DNA of 64,000 nt from the NCBI RefSeq assembly GCF_006345805.1, contig NC_043009.1, positions 47,368,001 through 47,432,000 on the forward strand, given 5' to 3'. Position 1 is the first letter of the stretch; the number at the start of each line of letters is the position of its first letter. The position numbers and the translations under genes are program-made. Positions 25,511 to 39,526 of this stretch are shown in pieces. The DNA comes from Octopus sinensis (lineage: Eukaryota). The notes under the pieces are model-generated. The model was not told the DNA's origin and did not search any database. It saw nothing but the letters and a program-made list of their open reading frames with translations.

Positions 25511-25833
25511 CAGTGATTCTCAACCAGGGTCCATATAAGATTTTTGTGGGTCCGTACAAACAAAATAAACTGGGACCCACAGTGGTATATTAAGGATCCA
25601 TGAAAAAATTAAAATTTTGCTTTAGATGTATTTATTACAAGATACAGCTAGGTTTCTTTCTCTAACATTTTAGATAGTTCAATCTATAGAAGTTAATGTG
25701 TGTAAAACAAAATAAAAATTTTGAAAGAAGAATCTATAAAACTAGTTTTTAAACACTGAATAGCTATAGGGGTCTACCTGAATAAAATAGTAATCAAAGG
25801 GATTCACAGATAAAAAATGGTTGAGAACCCCTG
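25511..25833. mobile_element. hAT (Charlie-like) MITE
   Basis: TIRs cagtgattctcaacca / tggttgagaacccctg; degenerate 8-bp TSD ggttaaaa/ggtcaaac. Confidence 0.75.
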
Positions 25834-26594
25834 GGTCAAACAAATAAATGAACATATATTTAAAACAACTTACACTCAAACTTTCTAAAAATACAACTTT
25901 GAATGGAGACAATAAACTATAAATAACATATTAGGGAACAATAGCCCCAGAGAATATATGTTGTCTAGACTAGAACTGAACTTACAAACAGGAACACAAC
26001 ATAAAGTATGGAAAATATGAAAAGCAAGTTATAATAACAAATGTTTAAAGGTTAAATACAGACCCGTGATTCTCTGTCTTTGGCTGTTTTTTGTTTTTTC
26101 CAACAGTTATCTTGAGAATATTGGTGGTTTTATAATCAAATTAATAACATAAACACTAAATCTTACTTAGAACAATAAGTGAAAAAAAATACAGAAAAAG
26201 GTGGGTGAAATAATGACCTAACTATGTACACAACATGCAACATCAACAACAGCAATGTGAAGAGACAAAACAACACCAAAAATAAAAAGCTGTGTCTATA
26301 TGAAGCAACAATATCAATGTAAAAACAAATAAAAATAAAAGTGCAAAGCGAAATGGTTCCCAGAATGAAGCTGAGTCGCAAACAAACCAGATTGAGCTTG
26401 AACAATCAGCTAGAATGGTTGCAGTTTATATTTTGTTAATTATTTTCTTGATTGTATTTCAAGGAACATGTCAGGTAAGATATATATTACATCAAAGACT
26501 TGTGTATATTAAACAAGGGTATAAAAAGTAAAAAAAGGGGAAAAGGGAGGAATTATTCCAATTTATTTAGACAGACACTGATTCTACAAGTACC

Positions 26595-26988
26595 ACCATT
26601 TATCATGGATGGGATGGAAGCACTCCGTCGGTAACGACGATGAGGGTTCCGGTTGATCCGAATCAATGGAACAGCCTGCTCGTGAAATTAACGCGTAAGT
26701 GTGGCTGAGCACTCCACAGACACGTGCATCCTTAACGTAGTTCTCGGGTATATTCAGCATGACAAGGGCGGCCCCTTGAAATACAGGTACAACAGAAACA
26801 GGAAGTAAGAGTGAGAGAAAGTTGTGGTGAAAGAGTACAGCAGGGATCACCACCATCCCCTGCCGGAGCCTCGTGGAGCTTTTAGGTGTTTTCGCTCAAT
26901 AAACACTCACAACGCCCGGTCTGGGAATCGAAACCGCGATCCTATGACTGCGAGTCCGCTGACCTAACCACTGGGCCATTGCGCCTCC
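26595..26988 (-). mobile_element. tRNA-derived SINE family D head joined to family C tail
   Basis: Head ggaggcgcaatggcccagtggttagg..gtttcgattccc; tail shared with 28490-28655. Confidence 0.85.
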
Positions 26989-28094
26989 ATACCAGTTATC
27001 ATATAACTTTCATCAAAGTCCAATTTCTTTCAAATACACTTTTCTCATCACTTTCCTTCTTCCTGTCCCCCCACCTCTCTCTCTGTATCACGCACACTCA
27101 CACTTACACAGACACAAAGCAGTTTTCCCCAAGTCATATTTTCATTTTAATCTATCAATCTATATATAGACACATCATGGCTGTGATGCACCAGCATGGC
27201 CGTGTGTTTAAGAAGTTCACTTCCCAACCACATGTTTTTCAGTTCAGTTCCATTGCGTGCTGCTTTGGATGTTTTCTACTATGCCAAAACAGACATCGGA
27301 GTATGACACAATCCTTGGACCTGTTTCACCTTGTCACACTCCTACCCATGACAGCATGGAAGATGGATGTTAAATGATGACAAAGACAATGACACATGCA
27401 CACACACACCTGTCTGTGTATCATATTTAATGGAAATACAGTGCAAAAAACAAACTTACAGTAGTATTTGTCTGGAGATAACATCTCTTATGTGTTTAAA
27501 AATACAATATGTATCGGAGGCAGATGAAAATTGTTTTAGCGGCAGCTGGATGTGCATTTCTGCCTCATTTAGCACTGTCAGCAGCATGTAGTCACAGCCA
27601 ACCCCATGCTAAGATGAAATGTGTCACCGCTGATATAGCAAAACAATTACAGTTGTTGCTAAAAGCTGCCTGGTTCAATAAAAATCCATTATATGCATTA
27701 GAAATGATATTAGATTAAAATATCCATCTGTATATTATACTCAATGTAAATACATTGCATAAAGTGAATTTACTGTGGTATTTGTTTGGAGATAATATCT
27801 CTTATGGATGTGCTGTATTTAAAAACACAATATATCAAGGATAATTGCTGTGATGCTAGAAATGTCTAACGATGTAGGAAATTCAATAGTTACTTGCTGA
27901 TCAATTACTACAAAGGACAAAGGTTGTGCTCTACAGATCAACTAATGAGAGTAATTAAGTTATAGCAGAATGAATTAGGAAATGAATTACATTACATGAG
28001 ATGCAGTTTGGGTTTTAGTCAGGATGAGAAACTACCTATGCCTTCATCTCAGTGAATCAGCAACAAGGGAAGATCTTAACCAAGAGGATGCCAC

Positions 28095-28975
28095 CATATT
28101 TAGCACTTGTTTACATGGGGAAGGCATTAGACAGAGTTCCACAATCTGCAGTCAGATAGTTGCTAGAAAAACTGGGCATAGATGAATGGATTGTGAAAGC
28201 TATGCAAATTATATATGAGGTTGCTGTCAATAAAATGAAAATTAGCAATGAATTCAGTAATAAATTAAGTGTACAGGTGAGTATCTTTCAAGACTTGGTC
28301 TCCAGCACCTAAAGTTATTTATATAGTTGTGAAGGTATGTGGCTTAGTGGTTAGGGGCATTCGGCTTATGGTCGTAAGGTCGTGAGTTCAATTCCCGGCG
28401 GCGTGTTGTGTCCTTGAGCAAGACACTTTATTTCTCGTTGCTCCAGTCCACTCAGCTGGCAAAAATGAGTAGTATCTGTATTTCAAAGGGTCAGCCTTGT
28501 CACACTCTGTGTCATGCTGAATCTCCCCGAGAACTACGTTAATGGTACACGTGTTTGTGGAGTGCTCAGCCACTTGCACATTAATTTCACGAGCAAGCTG
28601 TTCCGTTGATCGTATCAGCTGGGAGCCTCGTCATCGCAACCGACGGAGTGCTCCATTTTTTAAATTTTAGATATAGTCCTCATAGCAGAATCAGTTACAG
28701 AATCAAAAGAGAATTTCTTCCAAACAGGGAAGTCAATCCTAAAAACGATAAAAGTCTGAAAGCAAATCTAGTGGAGTTAAAAGCCTAAACAAGAAAGAAT
28801 ATAAAACTCTACTGTCAATTCAGAAGTGACCTTACTTGATATGCAGAAAATGTGTAGGATGAATCTCTATCTCGGATACCCAGTATAAACAATTGCTGCA
28901 CAAGGGATGCAACAGGATCATAGGAAAGCTAACAGAAGGGGGATTTGAATGTAAGAGATGCACAAGAATAGCACG
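28095..28975 (+). pseudogene. Old decayed RTE RT relic, interrupted by a SINE
   Basis: Translates to KALDRVPQ...LEKLGIDEWIVKAMQIIYE...EFSNKLSVQV, then LLHKGCNRIIGKLTEGGFECKRC. Homologous to the young element including its finger. Confidence 0.7.
28333..28655 (+). mobile_element. tRNA-derived SINE family C
   Basis: Head tggcttagtggttagg..gagttcaattccc, ttgtgtccttgagcaagacact box, ccagtccactcagctgg. Relatives at ~890-1160(+), 30130-30385(-), 60288-60520(+) and 62880-63080(+). Confidence 0.85.
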
Positions 28976-30851
28976 GTGAAACATGTTAAAATGATAATGA
29001 TGATGATGATTATTACACACCCACCCACACACATATATTCGTGCACACATGTACACTCACACCCACACACTGTCCAATCAGACAAAATGCTACAGTGTTT
29101 TTTTTTTTTTTCCTTAGCACTAAAATTATTTCCTAACAACTTCACTTCATGAAATAACATTGAATCATTGACGAATTAGTTATTCTCGGAGTTACAGGAA
29201 ACATCTTGGATATCCTAATAACTGATTATCGTGGTTGATAAACTTATTAGTTTGCATGAAATACTTTGGTTAAATGAACCTTGGAATATTATTGTTACGT
29301 TGCTTTCAATGACGAGAATATATTTACTACAGTACAATCTATCATAATCATGCAAGATAAATGCAAATACATGGTTTTCTGGAAGAGATTGCATTCCAAA
29401 TGATTATCAAATGATATGTAATTTACAATTTATTTCTGTTTCAGCATGGTATATTTCTGATTAATGCATTGTTTGCAAAAGAAGCATTTATGCAGAAAAT
29501 AAAGTGCATCCTGGTGTTGTCTCCTTTACTTGGAATATAGTATCATCTGATTCACTTGAAATGGATGACAGGAATATGAAGAAATCAGGCATATCTTTGT
29601 CTTGTGGTATATCTGCAGAGTTGAAATGACTGGGCTTATAGATTATTAAACAAGCTCTTGGATGTTTGTGTTCACCTAAAATTGCTCTGATCCTTTAATT
29701 CTACAGAGCTTAGATGTAAATTATGAATACTACAGATTTTGAGTAAAAGTTACAAGAGATTTATGTCTTTAATTGCTTGTAAAAAAAACCCAGCACACTC
29801 TGCAATTAGGAAGGCATTAGGAAAGGTATCCAACTGTAGAAACCATGCTAAATCAGACTGGAGTGTGGTGCAGCTTCTCAGCTTGCCAGCTCTGGTCAAA
29901 CTGTCCAACTCATACCAGCTTGAACAACCAACATTAAATGATGATGATGATGATGACTGGTGAAGATTAGTAGTCATAACCTTGAGGGATGATAGAAAAA
30001 GCTTTGTAAGGGAGACTGATGTCTAGCTCCAAAGTATTTGAAAATAGCAGTCTGAGGAAAAGTAATTTGAACTGTCATCCTGGAGCTGCAGTAAAGCTAA
30101 GGAGATGTTAAAGGCTATCTTCAGACTATCAGTTCATTGGCCAGAGCGTAACCTGATTTCTGAGGCTCTTAAGTAACTGTGAGTACAAGACTCCTCCTTG
30201 AACAGGACAGTACTTTGCTGCAGGATAGCTCACCAGATGCAGCAGGTGCTCATTCTCACCTGAGTAGACTAGGGCAGCATGGAGTGAAGTGCCTTGTTCA
30301 AGAACACAATATGAAGCCTGATCCAAGAATTGAACCCTTGATCTAACAATCATAAACCCATCTCACTAACCACTAGGCCATGCAGCTTCTAAGGAGGTGT
30401 ACAAAAAAAAAAAAAAAGACTTTCCCTAGTGTTCTGGATGCACATTATTGGTAATAATAATTTTTTAATAAGCCCACTGGATATTTGCACTACCAGGGCC
30501 TGTTTATGCACTGAGATTCCATGTATATCATCAGCAGAGATATCACTGCTATTTCCAGCACATGATCTAGTAGACTTGGTGGTGGCAATCGCAGGAGATC
30601 TCTCTCCCCAGCTATGTGAATAAAAAAATGTGATAACTATTGTAGTATCACTTGTTCTAACACAACGTCCACTTTTGGTATTAGTACTGTTTCTTTCACT
30701 AATAATTATTCAATAGTCTATTTTAGAAGTACTTTAGTGATTAAAGTGCATTTCTCCTCACAAAATATTTTAAATCCAACACCTGTGAAATAAAGATGCA
30801 GTATGGCAGGAGAAAAATATATAATTGCCATCCACTTAAAAACCACATAAA

Positions 30852-31019
30852 TACACTAGCATAGCTAGGGTGTGTGCTGTTTGGGGTAGCCCTTCAGTTT
30901 TCTGCCCCTGGGCTCCCCACAAATATTACATATTGCCTACAGCAGATCCAAAAGTGGTGCCGTTCCCATAAAAGTGCTGTGGTGGTGATGGGACCTGCCC
31001 CCTCCAGTTATGCCAGTGC
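30852..31019. mobile_element. Small MITE-like element
   Basis: TIR cactagcatagct / agttatgccagtg; GC-rich interior. A similar element lies at ~1199-1480. Confidence 0.45.
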
Positions 31020-31689
31020 ATAAAAATGGAGTTAAGACTACTTGTTTGACTTCTGTGTTTTGTGAAGGGTCAAACTTTTATGATAGTAGTTGCCAACTTC
31101 TAGAAAGAGAGAGATCATTGCAACATATGCGATCTATACATCAATGTGCATGATTTGCTTATTTCAATGGATTCATCTATGGTATGTGAGTTCAATCTGT
31201 ATGTAGTGGGTTCTTCTTTATCACTAACCACTACAGTCAAAAGTACCACTGCCACGAATACTGCGGCTATCACCCTATCACCAAACTACCATCAATGTCA
31301 CCAAAACCATTACCACCATCCACTACCAAGGCTACTGCCATCTCCAAGCCACCACCACAATCACCACAGAAACTAACTAGATGACTACCACCACTGCTAC
31401 CACCACCACCACCACCACCACCGCCACCAAGGCCACTATCATCACCAAACCTACACCACCACAACCACCACCAAAGCTAACTACAGTCCCCAAGTAGTTG
31501 GTTAACTTTGCTAGAAATAGCAGCTGAATTTCTTTATATCATATCATACTATCTTGAAAGAAGAGTAAGAGAGATTGGCTAATGCAATCATAGTTACACT
31601 GTTTAAATAAAAGATGGGACGGTCATGGTTGGAATACTTTCGATCACAGATCTGGTTGATTATTGTTGAAGTGGAGTTGAATATCAGGC

Positions 31690-31946
31690 CGTCTGCCAGC
31701 CTCGTCTGGCACCTGTGTCGGTGGCACATAAAAAACACCATCCGAGCGTGGCCGTTCGCCAGCCTCGTCTGGCACCTGTGTCGGTGGCACATAAAAGCAC
31801 CCACTACACCCTCGGAGTGGTTGGCGTTAGGAAGGGCATCCAGCTGTAGAAACACTGCTAGATCTGACTGGCCTGGTGCAGCCTTCGGGCTCCCCAGACC
31901 CCAGTTGAACTGACCAACCCATGCTAGCATGGAAAACGGACGCTAA

Positions 31947-31985
<39 letters not shown>
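31690..31985 (+). mobile_element. RTE 3'UTR fragment with 58-bp subrepeats and (GAT)n tail
   Basis: Near-identical to the revcomp of 3863-4150. Confidence 0.88.
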
Positions 31986-32743
31986 CCAGCCATGATGAGG
32001 ATGAAATAACAACAACCAACTACCCCTAAAAATAAATGCATGAAGAATTAAACTGGGAATAACAATAATAATGATAATAATAATGATAATAGTAATAATA
32101 ATAATAATAATAATAACAACAACAAGGACTCAAGTTTATTTTTAGATTGAATGGTAGTTAAATAATTGATAAAAGGATGATGGTAATGATGATGAAAATG
32201 ATATTAGTAGTTAGGACAATAATGATGATGATGATGATGATGATGATGAGGATGATAATAATGGAAATTAAAAATAGACTGTAATTAAACAGACATCAGA
32301 TTGTTTCTGTGATGCTGGTGAAAATTAATCTTCATATCAGAACAAGGGGATTTTTATTTGGAAAAAAAAAAAAAATGTTATTGTTTCGCTTAACTCATTC
32401 AAGCATGATGGAAAAAAAAAGACAAATTAAAAAAAAAAACACTGACGTCAAATGGAATGAAATGTTGTTGTTGATGATGATGATGATGATGATGATGAAG
32501 GACTTATGACGACAATGATGACGAAACCAGTGATAATGATTTGCAGTATTCATTCACTGACGTTGAAAATCTCTGTAAACATCTCCCAAGAGCGAGTAAT
32601 CAGTTCTGCAGTCCTATTTACACATCACAATAGAATTAATGCCAAAATAGGATTGAATTGAAGATATTTATAAAACTGATATTTATAAGAATCTCATATA
32701 TTTATATAAAACAGCAGAAGCAATAACTAGATTTGCAATGCCA

Positions 32744-32800
32744 GCAGCGGCAGCAACAGCAGCGGCAGCAACAGCAGCGGCAGCAACAGCAGCAGGCGGC
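32744..32800. repeat. 15-bp CAG-type tandem repeat (cagcagcggcagcaa)n; (ACC)n, (GAT)n and (AAT)n tracts nearby at 31250-32260
   Basis: Direct reading. Confidence 0.85.
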
Positions 32801-32934
32801 ACAAGGAATGGCAGTGACAGTAATTACAGCAACAATTGCAGTTGCTTCAGCATAAAGTGTTCATGTGGCAATGATATTCAGACTTAAGAGAGAAATATTA
32901 AATTTTGGAAATAAATACACACGCGCACAAAAAC

Positions 32935-33021
<87 letters not shown>

Positions 33022-33053
33022 CATACATATATGTATATATATATATGTATATA

Positions 33054-33106
<53 letters not shown>

Positions 33107-33121
33107 GTATACAATAATATA

Positions 33122-33501
33122 TTCTTTTACTCTTTTACTTGTTTCAGTCATTTCACTGTGGCCATGCTGGAGCACCGCCTTTAATCGAGCAACTCGACCC
33201 TGGGACTTATTCTTTTGTAAGCCCAGTACTTATTCTATCGGTCTCTTTTTGCCGAACCGCTAAGTGACGGGGACATAAACACACCAGCATCGGTAGTCAA
33301 GCAATGCTAGGGGGACAAACACACACACATACATATATATATACATATATACGACAGGCTTCTTTCAGTTTCCGTCTACCAAATCCACTCACAAGGCTTT
33401 GGTCGGCCTGAGGCTATAGTAGAAGACACTTGCCGAAGGTGCCACACAGTGGGACTGAACCCGGAACCATGTGGTTGGTAAACAAGCTACTTACCACACA
33501 G
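33122..33501 (-). mobile_element. SINE family A copy
   Basis: Revcomp match. Confidence 0.9.
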
Positions 33502-34649
33502 CTATATATATTTATATATACACACATACATATATACATATATTGGTTTCAAATTTTGGTATAAGGCCAGCAGTCAGGGTTGGTGGGGTAAGTTGATTAC
33601 ATTGACCCTAGTGTTCAACTGGTACTTATTTAATTGACCCCAAATGGATGAACAGCAAAGTTGACCTTGGTAGAATTTGAATTCAGAATGTAGAGACAGA
33701 TGAAATGCCTCTAAGCATTTTGTCTGGCATGCTAATAATTCTGTTAGCCTGCTTTATATATATATATAAATATCTATAATATAAATTGGGCATGGGTGAT
33801 CGTAGTATTCTTTCTTGACTTGAGGTTCACAGCCAAACGGCTGGGTGGATTCGCGTGAAAAATGGCACACATGTGGGGACGGGTGCATAGATTGGAATGC
33901 GGTTTGTATTTTTTTCCTAGCCCTCATAGTTACTGAGAAAATCCATTAAAACATTTTCTAATGGAATTCCCCTGTTTGTTCTGCCATTAAAACAACCAGT
34001 TGATGACACAGCCAGCATATACCATTTCACTAGCAACAAGAGTACACAATGACAGTCAGTCAAAACTTTCGCTATGCTGTCTCTCTTCTTCCACCTCTTT
34101 GTAGGGTTAATAATCATAATCTTTAGTTACAGTTTCTCATTCAAACTACATAAAAGGCAGAATTGTCGGATTAAGACAGTAGGGTGTTTTGAGTGAGATT
34201 TGGCTGCTATTTCTACCAGCTCTAGCTACTATGTAGAGGTCTGAACTTAATTTTCATTCACATATTTGCATTTCAAAAATTTAATGTAATCTTTTCCATA
34301 AATCAACTATCGTAAAAATTTTATATGATGACCTCGCATTTTCTATGTATGTGTGTGCACCTTAAAAGACGTCAATCATCACGACACACACCTTCTCTCA
34401 CTCACTCTATCTCTCTCACATACACACGAGCAAGCATGCACACACACACACATATATATATAAAATGTATAGTATTATATATCCATCACGGCTGATCTTA
34501 CCAATCAGTTTCACACAAGCAATACAATGGAGTGTTAGGTAGCAATCCAATTATATAACCTTACGCTCATCATGGTTATCTGATATGGAAGAGAATATGG
34601 TGACTGCTATATACCCTTATACACATATAAATATGTATATACACACACA

Positions 34650-35942
34650 CAGGGTGCAATGGGTAAATTGTTGCCATTTTATATTTTTAATTTCATGCAT
34701 GCGCATTGTTTGTTTTTGATTTTGTCAACTATACAGTATAGTAGGGTCAGTTGGGCATTGTCTGTGAGAAAAAACAGCACCATGACACAATTCATTCTGC
34801 CAGAAATTATGAAATGACATGCTGTACTGCTTGGCATTTGCACCAGAAGCTCCAATACAAACATTTCAGAGTGTTTGGGTGTCAATCTGGGGACAGTACA
34901 GAGGATTTGGAAAGAGTTGGATGAGTCTAATGGTGATTACAAAGGTACAGCAGCTCTGAAAACTCACTCTGGGCATTGTGATAAGAAAAGAACTCCTGAA
35001 TTTGTTGGTGAGATCCAGGCCATGATTGACAATGATCCCTCCAAGTCAATCAGATCCATCGCCAGGATCATAGGAGTGTCTGAGTTTCTTATCAGGCAGG
35101 TAGTGCATGAAGACATTTGATGTTCCTCATACAAGAGGAGAAAGGGGCAATTTTTATCCTAAGCCATCAACGAGAAGAACAAAGACCATGCTGTGAAGCT
35201 TTTGATCAAACACAAGCATCCCCTTCAACAGAACATGCTTTGGTTTGTCTCAAATGAGAAAAATTTCTGCTAAGATCAGATGGTGAACATACAGAATAAC
35301 CACTGACTTGCCGTGTCCCCAAAACATGTACCAAGAATAATAAAAATCAACCAACCAGTCAACATCATGGTGTTTGGAGTGATCACTAGTGATGGTGACG
35401 TCATGCTTCCAGTCTTCTTCCCACATGGCCTCAGACTCAACACAGAAGCTGACATCAAGTGACTGGAGGAGATAGTGCTGCCTTGGGTCAAGTGGGTAGC
35501 TGCTACTGGAAGTCCCTATGTCTGGCAACAGGACTCTGCACTATGCCACACAAGCAAGAGAACTCAGTCATGGCTGTCAGACAATTTCTGCAACCACACC
35601 ACTCCTAACATCTGGCCACCTAACTCCCCAGACTGCTTTGATTATTATGTGTGGAGCATAGTTGAGCGAGAGACCAACAAAACTCCTTGTAACACCAAAG
35701 ATGAACTCAAGGCAAGGAATACAGCAGCACTCACCAACTTAAACAGGGAGATTGCCCAGTAGAGCTGCAGGAGATTCCAAAGTTGTCTGGTTGAAGCTAA
35801 AGGCGATTTTATTGAATAAATTTACTCTTTAGTATTTCAAGGTATTTTTATGTAATTTTGGTAAATATATCTGTTAAAATGAGATGTCAGTGTTATTTTC
35901 ATTTTTGCATAATTTAGATGACAATATATTCACTGCACCTTG
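34650..35942 (+). mobile_element. Full-length but decayed IS630/Tc1/mariner element, probably maT (DD37D) type
   Basis: About 1.29 kb with degenerate TIRs ca(g/a)ggtgca. Transposase has stops but retains an HTH region, WFVSNEKNF, WQQDSALCH and WPPNSPDC-FDYYVW. Confidence 0.85.
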
Positions 35943-35946
35943 AATT

Positions 35947-35992
<46 letters not shown>

Positions 35993-36618
35993 ATATTCTT
36001 TTATTTGTTTCAGTCATTTGATTGTGGCCATGCTGGAGCACTGCCTTTAGTTAGAGTTTAATATCAATATCTAAGTTTTATATATACATATATGCTCTTA
36101 CATCTCTACCATAGTTCCCCTGAGCCACTTTTACATCTCTCACCACCACTTGTTATGGTCACCTCCACACCATCTCTCCTTACACTCTTATGAAACTTCA
36201 CCCTTTATCCTCATGCCTACCAACCCTTTCTAATCCTCTCTACCATTTCACTTATATCCACCCTGCTGCTGTACCTTGAGGGTATGCTTCGACACCATTT
36301 TCCTCTCTTTCTTTTTCAACTTAGGTAGCCGTGTCTCTCCTCAACAGCAAGATCCCTACCTCTAACCTTCTATTATATTTTTTAATTGCTCATCAACTGG
36401 TACAAAGGCACTTTCCTCAATACTGCACCCTCTCCCACTCAAGGGTCCTTGTCTTTCAAGTTACTTGGTGACCCCACTGGTGCTGGTGCTATGTAAAAAG
36501 TACCCAGTACACTCTGTAAAATGGTTGGTGTGAGGTAAAGCATCCAGTCATAAAAACCATGTCAAAGCAAGCAACAGAACTTGGCAAAGTCTTCTTGCTT
36601 GCCAGCTCCTCTCAAACC

Positions 36619-36841
36619 TATTTCTTTACTACCCACAAGGGGCTAAACACAGAGAGGACAAACAAGGACAGACAAACGGATTAAGTCGATTATATCGACC
36701 CCAGTGCATAACTGGTACTTAATTTATCGACCCCGAAAGGATGAAAGGCAAAGTCGACCTCGGCGGAATTTGAACTCAGAACATAACTGCAGACGAAATA
36801 CGGCTACGCATTTCGCCCAGCGTGCTAACGATTTTGCCAGT
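36619..36841 (-). mobile_element. SINE family B nested in an RTE tail
   Basis: 12-bp TSD tcctctcaaacc. Confidence 0.9.
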
Positions 36842-37074
36842 TCCTCTCAAACCATCCAACCCATGCCAGTATGGAAAACAGACATTAAATGATGATGATC
36901 ATGATGCTGTATGTGTGACTCTATGTCTGTATGTGTATGCATGTATGTATGTATTAAACAATAAAACATGTTAGTTAAGCATCCATTACTGCACAGTTTC
37001 ATTGGTTTGGATTTTTCAAATGGTGCACATCGAGCTGTTTATAAATCACAATATTTAAAAATGGCAGTATCTTG

Positions 37075-37480
37075 TGTCATCATCATCATCATCATCATCA
37101 TCATCGTTTAGCGTCTGCTTTCCATACTAGCATGGATTGGACGGTTCAACTGAGGTCTGGGAAGCCAGAAGGCTGCACCAGGCCCAGTCTGATCTGGCAA
37201 TGTTTTTACGGCTGGATGCTCTTCCTAACGCCAACCACTCTGTGAGTGTAGTGGGTGCTTTTTACGTGCCATACGAGGCTGACAAACGGCCACGATCGGA
37301 TGGTGCTTTTTACGTGCCACCGGCACGGGGGCCAGGCGAGGCTGGCAACAGCCATGATCGGATGAGGCCAGTCGGGGCAGCGCTGGCAACGGCCATGTTC
37401 GGATGGTTCTCTTACGTACCACTGGCACTTGTATCACAGCTGCAATTTCCATTGATGTTGATCGATTTCAATTTTTATTT
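37075..37480 (-). mobile_element. RTE 3'UTR fragment (related subfamily)
   Basis: (cat)n tail plus tail consensus and subrepeats. Confidence 0.8.
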
Positions 37481-37879
37481 TTTGTCATACACACAAGAAC
37501 CTACAAGGGAAGTAACTTATGAATAATTCTAAATGGTAGCTTCACTTGTATATGGTTTTGCAGATGTATTAATGGACTGCGTTTGAAGGATGATTGAGAG
37601 GCTTGAAACTTTCTTACAATGAATTTTGTACAGCCTATCTGAATACAGATACTGACATCCTTTGATCTGTCATTCATAAATGCTACAAATCCACTGGAGT
37701 ACGCTCACCTCATTTCTTTCCAGCTTTTCTCGGCATTCGGTGTCTATTCTACTCTTACTAAGCAATATTTCACTTCATACAAACACACTATATGACTTGC
37801 CCTCAGAAAGAGAGAGAGGGAGAGGGGGAGAGAGAGAGAAAGAGAGAGAGAGAGAGAAAGAGGGAGACCTGTTGTTGGC

Positions 37880-38110
37880 AACAGAATTTTTTTCCGTTTT
37901 CCCACTCCATCCTTACTCTTGTTGCTATGCTTTTGGAATACCCATTTCCACTATTCGTTAGATAACTGAGGTACCAGGAGCTATGATCAACTTCTAGCAA
38001 GCCTTCTGGGTAACTCAAAGAACCCATTTCTTTTGCATTCTTACTACTAAGTACTCCTGTGCATCTTATGCATACCAAAGCCTTCTTTTCTCTCAATCTG
38101 ATTGTTATTC
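37880..38110 (-). pseudogene. Old decayed RTE RT relic
   Basis: RCNRITIRLREKKALVCIRC...LLEVDHSSWYLSY...SIATRVRMEW aligns to the young RTE ORF. Confidence 0.7.
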
Positions 38111-38370
38111 TATTGCACCTTTTGTGCAACTACAGCTTATATTCAATGCTCTGTACAGAATTCTTATCTCATACGCTTCTGCATAATGAGCATGGCAACT
38201 TACCAATTGGCAATGTGGTTCCGTATTTATTCTTGCTTACTAAAACTTTTTGTCTTTGCTACATTTACTTCAAGTTTTATCCCACCCCCACATCATCATC
38301 ATCATCATATATTTGTGATTGTCTGTGTATAATTAATTCAGGATTGACTGAATTATCGTTGGCATCAGAG

Positions 38371-38414
<44 letters not shown>

Positions 38415-38964
38415 GGTAAACAGATAGATAGTCAAAGTAAGAGAGAAAAAGATAGGGTCTTTGGAAGAAAGCGGGAAAGAAAGATCAAACAACTTTTTTC
38501 CAGCACAAAAGAATTATATATATATATATATATATAAATAAATATGTATATATTCCGTGTGTACACATGTATATGTACACTGAGGAAGACTGTGGTGTTG
38601 ACATGTATACAGTTTGAATGTATATACACAGTGTGTGTGTATATTCAAAATGTATATGCTTTGATACCAGACTTTCTCCCTGCTCATATGTGTGTGTGCG
38701 CATTGCAAATAATATTGATATATATTTTTTTTAATGTAAATAAATTACTTTGTGATATTCATTCACTACAACATTAATTTCCAGAATCTTTATTTTCTCA
38801 GCCACACCATTTACATATGTATATCATGCATACATATACATACATTTTTATGTGACATGACATGTATTGGTGGGCCTGTGTTCTGTATGCATTGCGATAA
38901 AATAATAAAATAAAACTAAAAAAAAAAAGTATGTGAATACACACAACTCATACATATATATATA

Positions 38965-39322
38965 TATATCTTTTCTTTTTACTCTTTTTCTTGTTTCAGT
39001 CATTTGACTGCAGCCATGCTGGAGCACCACCTTTTAGTACTTATTCTATCGGTCTCTTTTTGCTGAACCGCTAAGTGACGGGGACGCAAACACACCAGCA
39101 TTGGTTGTCAAGCAATGCTAGGGGGACAAACACAGACACACAAACATATACATATATACGACAGGCTTCTTTCAGTTTCCGTCTACCAAATCCACTCACA
39201 AGGCATTGGTCGGCCCGGGGCTATAGCAGAAGACACTTGCCCAAGATGCCACGCAGTGGGACTGAACCCGCAACCGTGTGGTTGGTTAGCAAGCTACTTA
39301 CCACACAGCCACTCCTGCGCCT
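38965..39322 (-). mobile_element. SINE family A copy
   Basis: Revcomp match with internal deletion. Confidence 0.88.
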
Positions 39323-39526
39323 ATATATATACATGTTTATATATGATCATATAAGCATATCCTAGGTCTTCAAAAAACTCTCAGCAGATCTGAGTCTGCT
39401 TCAATGTCTGACTGACAATATTCATAACATCTATATAGGAACATAGATTTTTCTTCACTGTCCCAAAGTGTTCTTAGAAAACAAATTAAACTGATTAGGG
39501 GTTGGTGCCATCATCACCCCACCACC

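Noticed and set aside
26464-26474. 11-nt plus-strand exon-like unit (aag|GAACATGTCAG|gtaaga) suggesting an antisense gene
   Set aside because: Isolated; no other plus-strand exons or coherent ORF found.
33790-33830. Minus-strand VKKEYYDHP resembling PDE VKKGYRxPPY
   Set aside because: No splice sites or extended similarity; the real exon is at 17111-17233.
37709-37801. 93-nt poison-exon candidate after a (CT)n tract with a strong gtgagc donor
   Set aside because: The acceptor is GAG (strongly disfavoured) and the pyrimidine tract is a microsatellite; likely chance.
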